Origin: Alphaproteobacteria bacterium
GTDB taxonomy: Bacteria > Pseudomonadota > Alphaproteobacteria > Rs-D84 > SZUA-605
Assembly: GCA_031549385.1 (NCBI GenBank)
Contig: JAVBPW010000002.1
Location: 1 to 64,000, forward strand
Direction of reading: 5' to 3'
Length of the DNA: 64,000 nt
The stretch's first letter is position 1; each line of letters starts with the position of its first letter. The notes beneath the pieces were generated by a model. That model did no database searches and had not been told where the DNA came from. It saw only the letters and a list, made by a program, of their open reading frames with translations. The position numbers were made by a program, and so were the translations under genes. This document shows positions 10,025 through 18,871 of this stretch, piece by piece.

Positions 10025-10548
10025 TCTTTGCCAACTATTACAGATGCTTCACGAAGGACTTCGCTGCCCATCATATAGCCAGCTTCTGCTTCTGTAATGA
10101 CTATATTATTTTTTCCTTTTTGAAACATAATTGCATTGTGATACATTGGGTTAAATTCTTGACCCTGGGCTTCTATTTTTCTTATGTTATGCTTTTTTAA
10201 TATTTCTAAAAAAGAGTTATAAATTGATTTAAATCCAGTTATTGTTGATTGTAGTTCTTCTGATTGTTTTAAATTTTCAAGAGCACGGAAGGCATAATCA
10301 TAACTATCCAGTATAGATATAATATCTTTTGCAAAGCTTTTTGTTTTTGATGCAGATTGTTTTTCAATTTCAATTTGTGATCTGTGTTTTATGTTTTGAA
10401 TTTCTGCTAATGCACGTAAAGCTTGATCTTTCCAATCAATTTCGTCTGCTTTTTTATTTTGGTTTTCAGCAATAGGTTCACATGTGCATTCGTCAATATG
10501 ACATTCACAATTAGCTTCTTCGAAATTCTTTATATTTTCTTCTTTCAT
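10021..10548 (-). CDS. grpE: Nucleotide exchange factor GrpE
   Basis: LRALAEIQN, EFNPMYHNA, GYMMGSEVLREASVIV. Confidence 0.93.
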   Translation of the reverse strand: MKEENIKNFEEANCECHIDECTCEPIAENQNKKADEIDWKDQALRALAEIQNIKHRSQIEIEKQSASKTKSFAKDIISILDSYDYAFRALENLKQSEELQSTITGFKSIYNSFLEILKKHNIRKIEAQGQEFNPMYHNAIMFQKGKNNIVITEAEAGYMMGSEVLREASVIVGKE

Positions 10549-10663
10549 AATAGTTTTTCCTGTTGATTTATTCTAACATAATGTAGTAAAAAAGCCAGAC
10601 TTTTCAAGAATTATTTTTAAATAGCTCTTCCCAAATAAATTTGGCTTTGTTATAATCAAAAAT

Positions 10664-12481
10664 ATGGATGATAGATTAAAAGTAGTTTTGCATGAAGACG
10701 GTATAAAAAGGTACAGTTGTGGACCTTTACGTAAAGGACTTAAAAAACGCAAAAAGTTCTTTAATTTTAAATTCTATAAAAAATCTTTTTTAATTCTTTT
10801 TTGGCTTAGCATACTTGTTGGTTTTTATATTGTTGTTTTGTTTTTACAAATGCCTTCATTTAATTCTATGTTAGCAGTTGAGAGAAAGCCTTCTATTGTT
10901 GTACTTGATGAAAGTGGAAAGAAAATTGCTGGTATTAATGATAACTATGGGTTGATTACTGAATCTTCTGATTTGCCACCTCATGTTTGGCAGGCTATTG
11001 TTGCTATTGAAGATAAGCGTTTCTTTAAGCACAGGGGAATTGATTATCGAGGACTTACTCGAGCAACTTTTGTTAATCTTTTTACGGGTAAGCCTATGCA
11101 GGGGGGAAGTACTATTACTCAGCAGGTAGCTAAAAATATATTCTTGTCTTCTAAACGTAACTTTAATAGAAAAATTATTGAGCTCATTTTATCAGGAATG
11201 TTGGAGAGAAAGTTTACTAAAGAACAAATATTAAATCTTTATATGAACAGAGTTTCACTTGCTTCTGGTAAATATGGATTGGATGCTGCTGCACATGAAA
11301 TATTTAATAAATCTTTAAAAAATTTAGAAATTTGGGAAGCTGCTTCTTTAGCCGGTATGCTTAAGGCGCCTACTACTTATAGTCCTTTTAGAAATCCTGA
11401 ATTTAATATTGGAAGAACTAGAGTTGTTTTGAGGGAAATGGAGCAACAAGGTTATATTACTAAAGCAGAATATGATAGGGAAGTTAAAAGAATAAAGTTT
11501 GATAAAAAGAAACAAGTAGGTCATGCTTCAAGATATTTTGCTGATATGGTTGTTACAGAAGTAAAATCTTTAATAGGAGATATTAATGAGGATATTGTAG
11601 TTAGAACTACATTAGATACTAAGATGCAACAATATGCTCAAGATATGCTTAATCAAGTATTAGATGGCTCTGAATTAGAAGGTGCTGTGGTTATATTTGA
11701 TTATGATGGAAAAGTTAAAACTGTTGTTGGGGGAAGAGATTATCAAAAAAGCCAATTTAATAGAGCTTATCAAGCTAAACGTCAATCTGGTTCTGCTTTT
11801 AAGCCTTTTGTATACCTCGCTGGGTTTGAAAATGGTATGAAACTTACTGATCCTGTTTATGATGAAGCTATTGAAATTGATGGTTGGAGCCCAAAAAACT
11901 ACAACAAGAGATATTTAGGTAAGGTTAGTTTAACCTATGCTTTTGCTCAAAGTATTAATACTATACCTCTTAAGATTACTCAACAGGTTGGGTTGAGGTC
12001 TGTTGTTAGAACTGCTAAGAAAATGGGAGTGGTTGCAGATTATAGATATGATATGAGTTTGGTTCTTGGATCTAATGAAATTAGCCTTTTTGATTTGACT
12101 GTTGGATATATTCCATTTGCAAATGGTGGGTATGGTATGACACCTACATTAATTACTGAAATAAGAGGGGATGAGGGAATTAAATGGAGCAAAAATAGTA
12201 TTGCTAAAACCCGTTTGATTGAAAAAGGTAATTATGAAGATATGAGAACTTTACTTCGTGAAGTTATAGTTAATGGGTCAGGTAAGAGAGCTTATTACCC
12301 TGGGCTTTTGGGTGGTAAAACAGGAACTTCATCTGAAAATAAAGATGCTTGGTTTATAGGTTTTGATGATGAATATGTTGCAGGGGTGTGGGTTGGAAAT
12401 GATGATAGTGCACCTATGTCGGATGATGTGCTGGGGGGGACGTTGCCGGCGATTGTGTTTAGAATGATATTGAAAAAATAA
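10664..12481 (+). CDS. Class A penicillin-binding protein (PBP1A family)
   Basis: N-terminal TM; EDKRF..H.GID and GGSTITQQ transglycosylase motifs; SAFK, SIN, KTG transpeptidase motifs. Confidence 0.93.
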   Translation: MDDRLKVVLHEDGIKRYSCGPLRKGLKKRKKFFNFKFYKKSFLILFWLSILVGFYIVVLFLQMPSFNSMLAVERKPSIVVLDESGKKIAGINDNYGLITESSDLPPHVWQAIVAIEDKRFFKHRGIDYRGLTRATFVNLFTGKPMQGGSTITQQVAKNIFLSSKRNFNRKIIELILSGMLERKFTKEQILNLYMNRVSLASGKYGLDAAAHEIFNKSLKNLEIWEAASLAGMLKAPTTYSPFRNPEFNIGRTRVVLREMEQQGYITKAEYDREVKRIKFDKKKQVGHASRYFADMVVTEVKSLIGDINEDIVVRTTLDTKMQQYAQDMLNQVLDGSELEGAVVIFDYDGKVKTVVGGRDYQKSQFNRAYQAKRQSGSAFKPFVYLAGFENGMKLTDPVYDEAIEIDGWSPKNYNKRYLGKVSLTYAFAQSINTIPLKITQQVGLRSVVRTAKKMGVVADYRYDMSLVLGSNEISLFDLTVGYIPFANGGYGMTPTLITEIRGDEGIKWSKNSIAKTRLIEKGNYEDMRTLLREVIVNGSGKRAYYPGLLGGKTGTSSENKDAWFIGFDDEYVAGVWVGNDDSAPMSDDVLGGTLPAIVFRMILKK

Positions 12482-12590
12482 TTCTGTTGACTGCGATTCA
12501 AAAGGATTAAAAATTTCAAGACACATCACGTATGTTTAATACGCTCAGGTTTTAAAATTTTCAATACTTCCGTTTTCGCTAAATTATATG
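12479..12590. repeat. Dispersed palindromic hairpin element, copy 3 (outer arms mismatched, possibly chimeric)
   Basis: Core TCACGTA-TGTTTAA-TACGCTCA; left arm shares 27 identical nt with copy 2 and 24 of 25 nt with copy 7. Confidence 0.9.
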
Positions 12591-12634
12591 AAGTTTATGG
12601 ATAGTCTTTGTAAAACTATGATTATTCTTTTTTG

Positions 12635-12663
12635 TTGACATATTTCAAAGTTACACCTATATT
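12635..12663 (+). promoter_or_regulatory. sigma70 promoter driving an ORF-less region
   Basis: TTGACA-17-TATATT. Confidence 0.75.
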
Positions 12664-12669
12664 ATGCTT

Positions 12670-12999
12670 GGTTTAGTTAAAAATTTAAATATAAGATTAT
12701 AGAAAAAAAACTTTAAAATATACCTGAAAGGGTAAGATATCTGCCTCTGCTTCTCAGATAGGGTCATTTGGTAGAACAAGGAACCTTGAGTTCCCTACGA
12801 GGGCCATATGGCTAAGAAAAGGGGGGACTTATACGGGATTTGGCTCCTCCCTTTTTAAAAATATTTAAAAAGACGATAGCGCTGGATTTGGATCAGACCG
12901 GTTTTTAAGTTTACGGTAGCATTCGATATATAAGACACCTGAAATAATTCTTATACAACATCTATCGAGATTTTTAACCCCCTTTAGTGGGGGTTTTTT
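12670..12999 (+). ncRNA. Candidate structured ncRNA (~330 nt), family not recognised
   Basis: Bounded by a consensus promoter and terminator; no substantial ORF; locally GC-rich with at least 5 hairpins. Confidence 0.5.
12976..12999. terminator. Intrinsic terminator
   Basis: AACCCCC-TTTAGT-GGGGGTT plus T-run; abuts the convergent methyltransferase stop. Confidence 0.85.
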
Positions 13000-14257
13000 A
13001 TTTTGCAAATAATGATATTACTTCCAAATGGTTTGTATATGGAAACTGGTCAACTGGTGTTATTTTTTCTAATATATATCCACTGTCACACAATATTTTG
13101 GCATCTCTTGCAAATGTTGATGGGTCGCATGAGATATAAATAATTAATGGAACTTTTGTTTTTGATAATTCTTCCACTTGGGATAATGCTCCTGCACGTG
13201 GTGGGTCGAGGATTACTATATCAAATTTTTCTAAGTCTTTTTGTTTTACAGGATCATCAAATAAATTTTGTTCTATTGCTTTGATTTTTCCTTTTCCATA
13301 TTCTTTTAATTTTTCTACAGATGGGGAGAATATGTCATAGCCTGTTACTTCGCCTAGCTTAGATAGAGGAATTGTAAATGTTCCAAGACCACAAAATAAA
13401 TCCGCCACCACCAACCTGACGTTGGACGCTTTATTGTTTTTTATGTATTCAAGTACGATTTTTTTTAATAAGTTTTCACCTTGAAGACTTGGTTGTAAGA
13501 ATGCTGATGGTGGAAATGGAATTATTGCGTCTTCAAATTTTACTACTGGAGTTTTTGAGGTGTAAATTATTTCTTTTCCTGCTCTTGTTATTTGAATTAC
13601 ATTATTTGCTTTTCCGAATTCTGAAAATTTTTCTGTTAGGTCTAAATCTATTGTTGGTACTCTGTGTGGTGACCATGTGAAGTCTAATCCATTTTCAACT
13701 TCAGTTATATTTACGAATCCTGTTTCACCTTTTTTTGTAATGCTTTTTAGTAAGTTATAAGTTGGTTTTATTATGTTATTTAATGCGTCAGTTAAAAGAG
13801 GGCAGTGTGGAATGTTTATTGTGTAGTGAGTTGCTGCTTCTTTGAAACCCAATACAAAATTATCACCAAAGTTTTTATATGATAAAGATACTCTTCGTCT
13901 TGAATTTTGTCCTACCTTTTTTAAAGGTATTATAGTTTTAGATTCTATATTTTTATGCTTTAAAGAATTATTTAAAACTTGGTTTTTATATTCATCATAA
14001 TAATCTGTTGATAAATGTTGTGCACAGCATCCACCGCATTTTGTATAAAATGGGCAAATTGGTTCTGCTCTTTTAGGAGATTTATTTATTATATTTTTTA
14101 ATATATATTTTGTTTCTCTTTTTTCTTTTACTATTTCTATTTCAACTTCTTCATTTGGAAGTGTAAAAGGAATATAGACTTTTTTGTCATTGTAAATTGC
14201 AATGCCATCACAAGAATCGCCTAAATCAGTTATTTTAAGTTTTATTATTTCATTCAT
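12998..14257 (-). CDS. rlmD: 23S rRNA m5U methyltransferase (RlmD/TrmA family)
   Basis: TRAM domain, CPFYTKCGGC..QH Fe-S motif, AFLQ, DLFCGLG, DPPRAG, YISCDP.TFARD, DQFPYT.HLE. Confidence 0.88.
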   Translation of the reverse strand: MNEIIKLKITDLGDSCDGIAIYNDKKVYIPFTLPNEEVEIEIVKEKRETKYILKNIINKSPKRAEPICPFYTKCGGCCAQHLSTDYYDEYKNQVLNNSLKHKNIESKTIIPLKKVGQNSRRRVSLSYKNFGDNFVLGFKEAATHYTINIPHCPLLTDALNNIIKPTYNLLKSITKKGETGFVNITEVENGLDFTWSPHRVPTIDLDLTEKFSEFGKANNVIQITRAGKEIIYTSKTPVVKFEDAIIPFPPSAFLQPSLQGENLLKKIVLEYIKNNKASNVRLVVADLFCGLGTFTIPLSKLGEVTGYDIFSPSVEKLKEYGKGKIKAIEQNLFDDPVKQKDLEKFDIVILDPPRAGALSQVEELSKTKVPLIIYISCDPSTFARDAKILCDSGYILEKITPVDQFPYTNHLEVISLFAK

Positions 14258-14296
14258 GAGTGCTTATTATAAGCTTGAAAATGGTATTTTCAACTA

Positions 14297-14833
14297 TTAA
14301 GCTACTTTCTTTACTAATTCATTATCTATTTTGTTTGAATAAGAATCTGTGAAATTATCTGGAAGTTCTTTTTCTTTTTCGTTTTCATTTTGAGCGGCAA
14401 AGGTTTGAATGAATAAAAAATCAGATAGTCTGTTAAAGTATTTTAATACAAATGTTAAATCCATGTAGTCTTGTCTGTCTAATGATACTATTGTTCTTTC
14501 TATACGTCTGCAAATTGCACGAGCCATAGAAACAAAGCCTTTTGGATTTATGAATTTATTTGGAATTGATGAGTTGTGTGACATTATATAATTTTCAAGT
14601 TCATTTGTTTTTTGGAGAAGTTTTTCATTGTTCGATGATTTCAAATATAAATATCCCATGACTTCTGATAAATATGTTTGAATGTCATCAAATTTGTCAC
14701 CTGATAGGCCTAGGATACAACTTAATTCGTCAACTTCACCAAGCAAGTGGATAATAGGATCCGCTTTTGAAACAACTTCATTTAATAATTTTGTTTGCCC
14801 TTTGTCACCGAATTTTGTTGTTATTAAAGCCAT
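14297..14833 (-). CDS. ATP:cob(I)alamin adenosyltransferase (PduO type)
   Basis: TKFGDKGQT, GEVDELS..LG, ARAICRRIER, YFNRLSDFLF. Confidence 0.88.
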   Translation of the reverse strand: MALITTKFGDKGQTKLLNEVVSKADPIIHLLGEVDELSCILGLSGDKFDDIQTYLSEVMGYLYLKSSNNEKLLQKTNELENYIMSHNSSIPNKFINPKGFVSMARAICRRIERTIVSLDRQDYMDLTFVLKYFNRLSDFLFIQTFAAQNENEKEKELPDNFTDSYSNKIDNELVKKVA

Positions 14834-14888
14834 CTTTTACCTCCTCCCTTTTAAAATTTAGCTTGTTCTTTTATTCCTTATTTTTTTC

Positions 14889-16790
14889 TCAGATTAAATC
14901 ACACTTTCCACCAGCACAAGCCATCTCTTGAAGGAACATTGTGTTGTTGTCTTCTTCAATTACTTGTGATAAATCGATTTCGTCTAATTTGCTTTCCATT
15001 GAAAGATACTTTTCTTCTGTAACAGCTTCAAATGGCATTTGTGGGTAGAAATTATTTTCAAATGGTAGAATAGAAATTCCATTATAGAATTCTTTGTTAT
15101 TCCACATCCATTGACCAATTGGTTCCCATTCGTTGTCTTTAACTGATACAGTTACTGAAATATTGTTTGTGTTAACACCTTTTTGATGTCCACCCAATAC
15201 CCAGTTTTGGAAAACTGTTTTTACTCGGTTTAATAATTCTAAACTTGATTCTTCTTCACGAATGATAGCATTTTCTGGAGCTTTCATTGGAATTGAGATA
15301 ACTGCTTGACCCTCTGGTTTCATCACATCATCTTCAATTAATTGAGGTAGGTTTTTCAAAAGATAACCATAAATATCTTCGTTCTTTAAAACTCGTATTC
15401 TTCTGATGTAATATTTAGAATGCCATGCGTGAATTCCTGATGATGTTCCTAATACTCCTGAAGCTGTTCCTGATGGTTTTATACATGTTACACGTTCAGC
15501 TGGATTTATGCCTATTAATTTAGCAACTTCTTCATTTGATTCACAAGCTTTTTTTGCTGCTGCTGCAAGGTCTAAATTAATTAGGTTTTTATTTGAAGCT
15601 TGGCCTGTTAATGATACTCCTAGTAATGCTCCTTTTTCTGATGTTTCTTTCCAGATTGGACGAAGGTATGGGAAGTTTGTATATGATGCTTGAAGAGTTC
15701 CTAGGATAGCAGCATATTTTGCTCTTAATTCTAATTCTTCTTGATTGTTAATTCCGTTTGCATTGATTTCTGTTAAGTTACAGAATTGGTGTGGTTGTAG
15801 AGAGATTTCTACACATGGGTTTGTTCCCCAAGTTACATCATTAGTCCAGAATAATCCTGGTTCGCCTACACCTGACTTTTTTATTATTTCCCAAAGTTTG
15901 AAAAATTCTTCTTTTGTTGTGTTTGCACGGTCTAATACTACTGAATTATTAGACATACATCTTTGTGAATTTGTATTCCAAAATTCACCTGTTTTTGCAT
16001 TCAACATTAATTCATCATCTTTGTCAAATAAACAAATTGTAGCACTTCTTCTTACTCCACCTGATACTACGCAAACTGCTAGGTGACAAACTATATCATA
16101 AGCATCAATTGTTCTTAAGTTTTTTTGTCCTGAACCTAATAATCTTTTGAATAAATGTCTTACTTCTGTTAATGCCATAAGTAATGGTTCTGGTCCAGGA
16201 GCTTTTGCACCTGAAGTTTTAATTAGGGAACCCTTTGGACGGATTAAAGAATAATCCAGTTCCAAAGTTGGGGAATTTGGTGTGAAATATGAGGCTATTA
16301 GGCGACGTGCAGCTTCTGCCCAGCCTTCTATAGAATCTGGTATAACAAAAACTTCCACTTTATTTGGATCTGGTTGATGGATCTGTGGAAGTTTTTCTAT
16401 ATTATGTTTTTGAACGCTAAATCCTACCCCGGAGCCGCATAGGAGGAGGTACATAGCTTCGTCAAATGCTCTTACATCATCAATCGGTGAAAATGAACAG
16501 TTGTACATTCTGCAATTGTTTTTTTCAATTGGTAATCCACTGAATTGCATTGAACGCATTGATGGAAGGATTTTTTTGTCCAAAACATATTGATATGTTT
16601 CTTCAATAAGGTCAGAAATTTGAGGGAATTTTAGAATATGCATTCTTTTGTTTCTTTCACAAAGTTCTTCCCAAGTTTCGCGACGCTTCTTTTCTGGAAC
16701 GTATTTTACGTATTTCATATATACTATAATGTCAGATAGAACTTTTTGTGACTTGTTTAAGATGCTTGTTCTTAATTCGTTTTGATTCAT
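14889..16790 (-). CDS. nrdJ: Class II (adenosylcobalamin-dependent) ribonucleotide reductase
   Basis: PSMRSMQF, YNCSF, GSGVGFSV, SGGVRRSA, TNPCVEI, CNLTE, IKPSGT, C-terminal CAGGKC; followed by PduO; start placed at MNQNE. Confidence 0.92.
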   Translation of the reverse strand: MNQNELRTSILNKSQKVLSDIIVYMKYVKYVPEKKRRETWEELCERNKRMHILKFPQISDLIEETYQYVLDKKILPSMRSMQFSGLPIEKNNCRMYNCSFSPIDDVRAFDEAMYLLLCGSGVGFSVQKHNIEKLPQIHQPDPNKVEVFVIPDSIEGWAEAARRLIASYFTPNSPTLELDYSLIRPKGSLIKTSGAKAPGPEPLLMALTEVRHLFKRLLGSGQKNLRTIDAYDIVCHLAVCVVSGGVRRSATICLFDKDDELMLNAKTGEFWNTNSQRCMSNNSVVLDRANTTKEEFFKLWEIIKKSGVGEPGLFWTNDVTWGTNPCVEISLQPHQFCNLTEINANGINNQEELELRAKYAAILGTLQASYTNFPYLRPIWKETSEKGALLGVSLTGQASNKNLINLDLAAAAKKACESNEEVAKLIGINPAERVTCIKPSGTASGVLGTSSGIHAWHSKYYIRRIRVLKNEDIYGYLLKNLPQLIEDDVMKPEGQAVISIPMKAPENAIIREEESSLELLNRVKTVFQNWVLGGHQKGVNTNNISVTVSVKDNEWEPIGQWMWNNKEFYNGISILPFENNFYPQMPFEAVTEEKYLSMESKLDEIDLSQVIEEDNNTMFLQEMACAGGKCDLI

Positions 16791-16883
16791 TTTCGCCTCG
16801 TTTTCCCTTAAAATACATACTTTGAGCGTCATTTGTCAATTTTGTCTAAAATAGCACCTACAGTATGTCGATTTTTCTCCTAA

Positions 16884-16899
16884 CCACAATATATAGTAT
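16884..16899. promoter_or_regulatory. NrdR box upstream of nrdJ
   Basis: CCACAATATATAGTAT matches the consensus acaCwAtATaTwGtgt, ~95 bp upstream of an RNR gene. Confidence 0.7.
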
Positions 16900-17058
16900 G
16901 TGAAAAAATAATGCTATTAAAAAAAAATCAAAAATTTGAATATTTACGCTTGACTTTTAAAAAACCCAAAAAACACTGTCTTTTTTAAAAAAATAGTGTA
17001 TTATTGTTTTTTAAAGAGAGATAATTTTAAGAGAAAATTTTTTAAAAAAGGAGCTAAT

Positions 17059-17868
17059 ATGAAGCATATAAAATTAATACTGGTACTATTACTTTTATTT
17101 GTTATAGGTGTTATTACATGGGGAAATATTATAATCGGAAGTAAAGGTCAAATCTTTGAAAATACACTAAATTTAGCAGGTGGAACCGAGTCAAATTCGA
17201 GTCTTTTTTTACTTTTTATACTACCTTGTTTCTTGTTATTGTTTTTGGTAGTTTTTTTAGGTTTTGTTATTATAAGAGTGGGGTCTATTAAAACTGAGGA
17301 ACATTTCTTGAAAAATCAAAATTCTATGCTTGCGAATATGGAAACGTTGTCTAAAACTATGTTGGAACAAAGGCAATTAGCCTATACATCTGCTTTTTTT
17401 GCTCAATTACCAATTATTTATCAAAGTTTGTACGACTCTGTAATTAAAATTGTGAGCTATTCTTTTTTCTTTCCAGAAAGGTTTAAACATGAGAATTCAG
17501 ACCTTTTTTCTTTTTGTAGAGTGTTTTTAGCAGAAGTAGCTAAGAATCCAGAAATGGTTATCAAAATCAGACAGACATTCAAAAAGAATGAAAAAATACA
17601 ATTAGAAATGGCTACTACTCAAATTAAATATGAAAGATTCCTTAAGGCTTTGAAAATCTATGACAGAGATCAATTTGTGTACCAATATATAAATGATGGA
17701 GTCGTAGGTGAAGTTATGGATATTCTTATTTCTTCATATGAAGATGTGAAAACACAATATGTAGCTGAAATGCAAGAAAAAGAGAAAGAAAAACAGACTG
17801 AAAAGTTTGAAGAAGCTAAATCAGAAGAGGAAACCTCATCTTTACTTGCTTCTATTAGTTTTGAGTAG
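17059..17868 (+). CDS. Hypothetical membrane protein (2 TM plus helical domain)
   Basis: AAGGAG RBS before ATG 17059; two hydrophobic segments. Confidence 0.75.
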   Translation: MKHIKLILVLLLLFVIGVITWGNIIIGSKGQIFENTLNLAGGTESNSSLFLLFILPCFLLLFLVVFLGFVIIRVGSIKTEEHFLKNQNSMLANMETLSKTMLEQRQLAYTSAFFAQLPIIYQSLYDSVIKIVSYSFFFPERFKHENSDLFSFCRVFLAEVAKNPEMVIKIRQTFKKNEKIQLEMATTQIKYERFLKALKIYDRDQFVYQYINDGVVGEVMDILISSYEDVKTQYVAEMQEKEKEKQTEKFEEAKSEEETSSLLASISFE

Positions 17869-17896
17869 CTTTGAGTCAACTTTTTTGTTTTAAGTC

Positions 17897-17924
17897 TTGA
17901 CAAAGTCAGTTTTGCCATTATATT
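17897..17924 (+). promoter_or_regulatory. sigma70 promoter
   Basis: TTGACA-16-TATATT. Confidence 0.65.
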
Positions 17925-17930
17925 GATAAA

Positions 17931-18045
17931 TGATTAATAATACAATATACCTGTTTCGCTGCGAAAGCGGCATTGAGACAGCCCCTACAAAAAAATCTTT
18001 TTTTGTAACTTTCCTATGGGTGGCCTCTTTTGGCTGCCCTTTTTT
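17931..18045 (+). ncRNA. Candidate three-hairpin small RNA (~115 nt)
   Basis: Promoter, CTGTTTC-GCTGC-GAAA-GCGGC-ATT-GAGACAG hairpin, second hairpin, terminator; no ORF. Confidence 0.5.
18018..18045 (+). terminator. Intrinsic terminator
   Basis: GGGTGGCC-TCTTTT-GGCTGCCC-TTTTTT. Confidence 0.85.
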
Positions 18046-18064
18046 ATTTATTTTTGGTGAATAT

Positions 18065-18092
18065 TTGACAAATTATAAAAATATGCTATATT
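18065..18092 (+). promoter_or_regulatory. sigma70 promoter
   Basis: TTGACA-16-TATATT with TG extended -10. Confidence 0.7.
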
Positions 18093-18098
18093 TAATAT

Positions 18099-18285
18099 TA
18101 TAGATGATACGAATCGATTCTATAAGTCTATTTCGAGCCTGTCTTGAAATTAAATTCATCAAAAATTACTAGTTTACTTGCAAGACGGGCCCGCATGCTA
18201 AGTCTATATTTAGTTTCATATATAGGGTAAGTGAGAATTCCACAGTTGATACCTTGATAAAACTCAACGTTTTGTAGACCAAATT
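18099..18285 (+). ncRNA. Candidate structured ncRNA (~190 nt), convergent with def
   Basis: Promoter followed by ORF-less sequence with GCCTGTCTTG/CAAGACGGGC stem and smaller hairpins; no clear terminator. Confidence 0.35.
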
Positions 18286-18294
18286 AGAATATTT

Positions 18295-18810
18295 CTATTC
18301 TTCTTCCCATTTTCTTAATATTTTTGCGAATTTTTTTACTGCTAAATCTTTTTTGAGTTTTGATAGGTGGTCAATGAATACAACTCCATTTAAATGGTCG
18401 ATTTCATGTTGTATACATCTTCCCATTAAACCGTCATATTTGTTTTTGTGTTTTTTCCCTGTTTCATCTTGGAATTCAACTTCTACTTCGCATGGGCGTT
18501 CTATATCTACTCCAAGGCCTGGGAACGATAGGCAACCTTCTTCTCTTTTTATTGTGTCAGAACTTGCTTTTACTATTTTAGGGTTAATAAAAATTTGTGG
18601 TTTTGGATCTTTGCCTGAATCTGGATGAATTGGATCAATTACTATTATCCTTTTATTTAATCCTACTTGAGGAGCAGCTAGACCTACACCAGTTGCTTCA
18701 TACATTAATGATAACATGTCGTTGCATGTTTTTTTTAATGCATCGTCAAAGACTTCTACATCTTTTGAAGCTTTTAATAGGCCTTCATATGGATAAAGGT
18801 AGATTTTCAT
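18295..18810 (-). CDS. def: Peptide deformylase
   Basis: GVGLAAPQVG, EGCLS, QHEIDHLNG. Confidence 0.97.
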   Translation of the reverse strand: MKIYLYPYEGLLKASKDVEVFDDALKKTCNDMLSLMYEATGVGLAAPQVGLNKRIIVIDPIHPDSGKDPKPQIFINPKIVKASSDTIKREEGCLSFPGLGVDIERPCEVEVEFQDETGKKHKNKYDGLMGRCIQHEIDHLNGVVFIDHLSKLKKDLAVKKFAKILRKWEEE

Positions 18811-18871
18811 TTTTTCCTTTCATTTGTTATATTTTTCGTTATATTTTCTAATATAGTAGAGGATATTGAAA

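Noticed and set aside
12670-12999. RNase P RNA, SRP RNA, tmRNA or group I intron
   Set aside because: No GAGGAAAGTCC, SRP domain IV or tRNA-like TCCACCA end on either strand; AAGATAT only partly resembles the group I S element and there is no host gene
16791-17058. Cobalamin riboswitch upstream of nrdJ
   Set aside because: Region is very AT-rich with no B12-box (GCCACTG / AGYCAG) motifs
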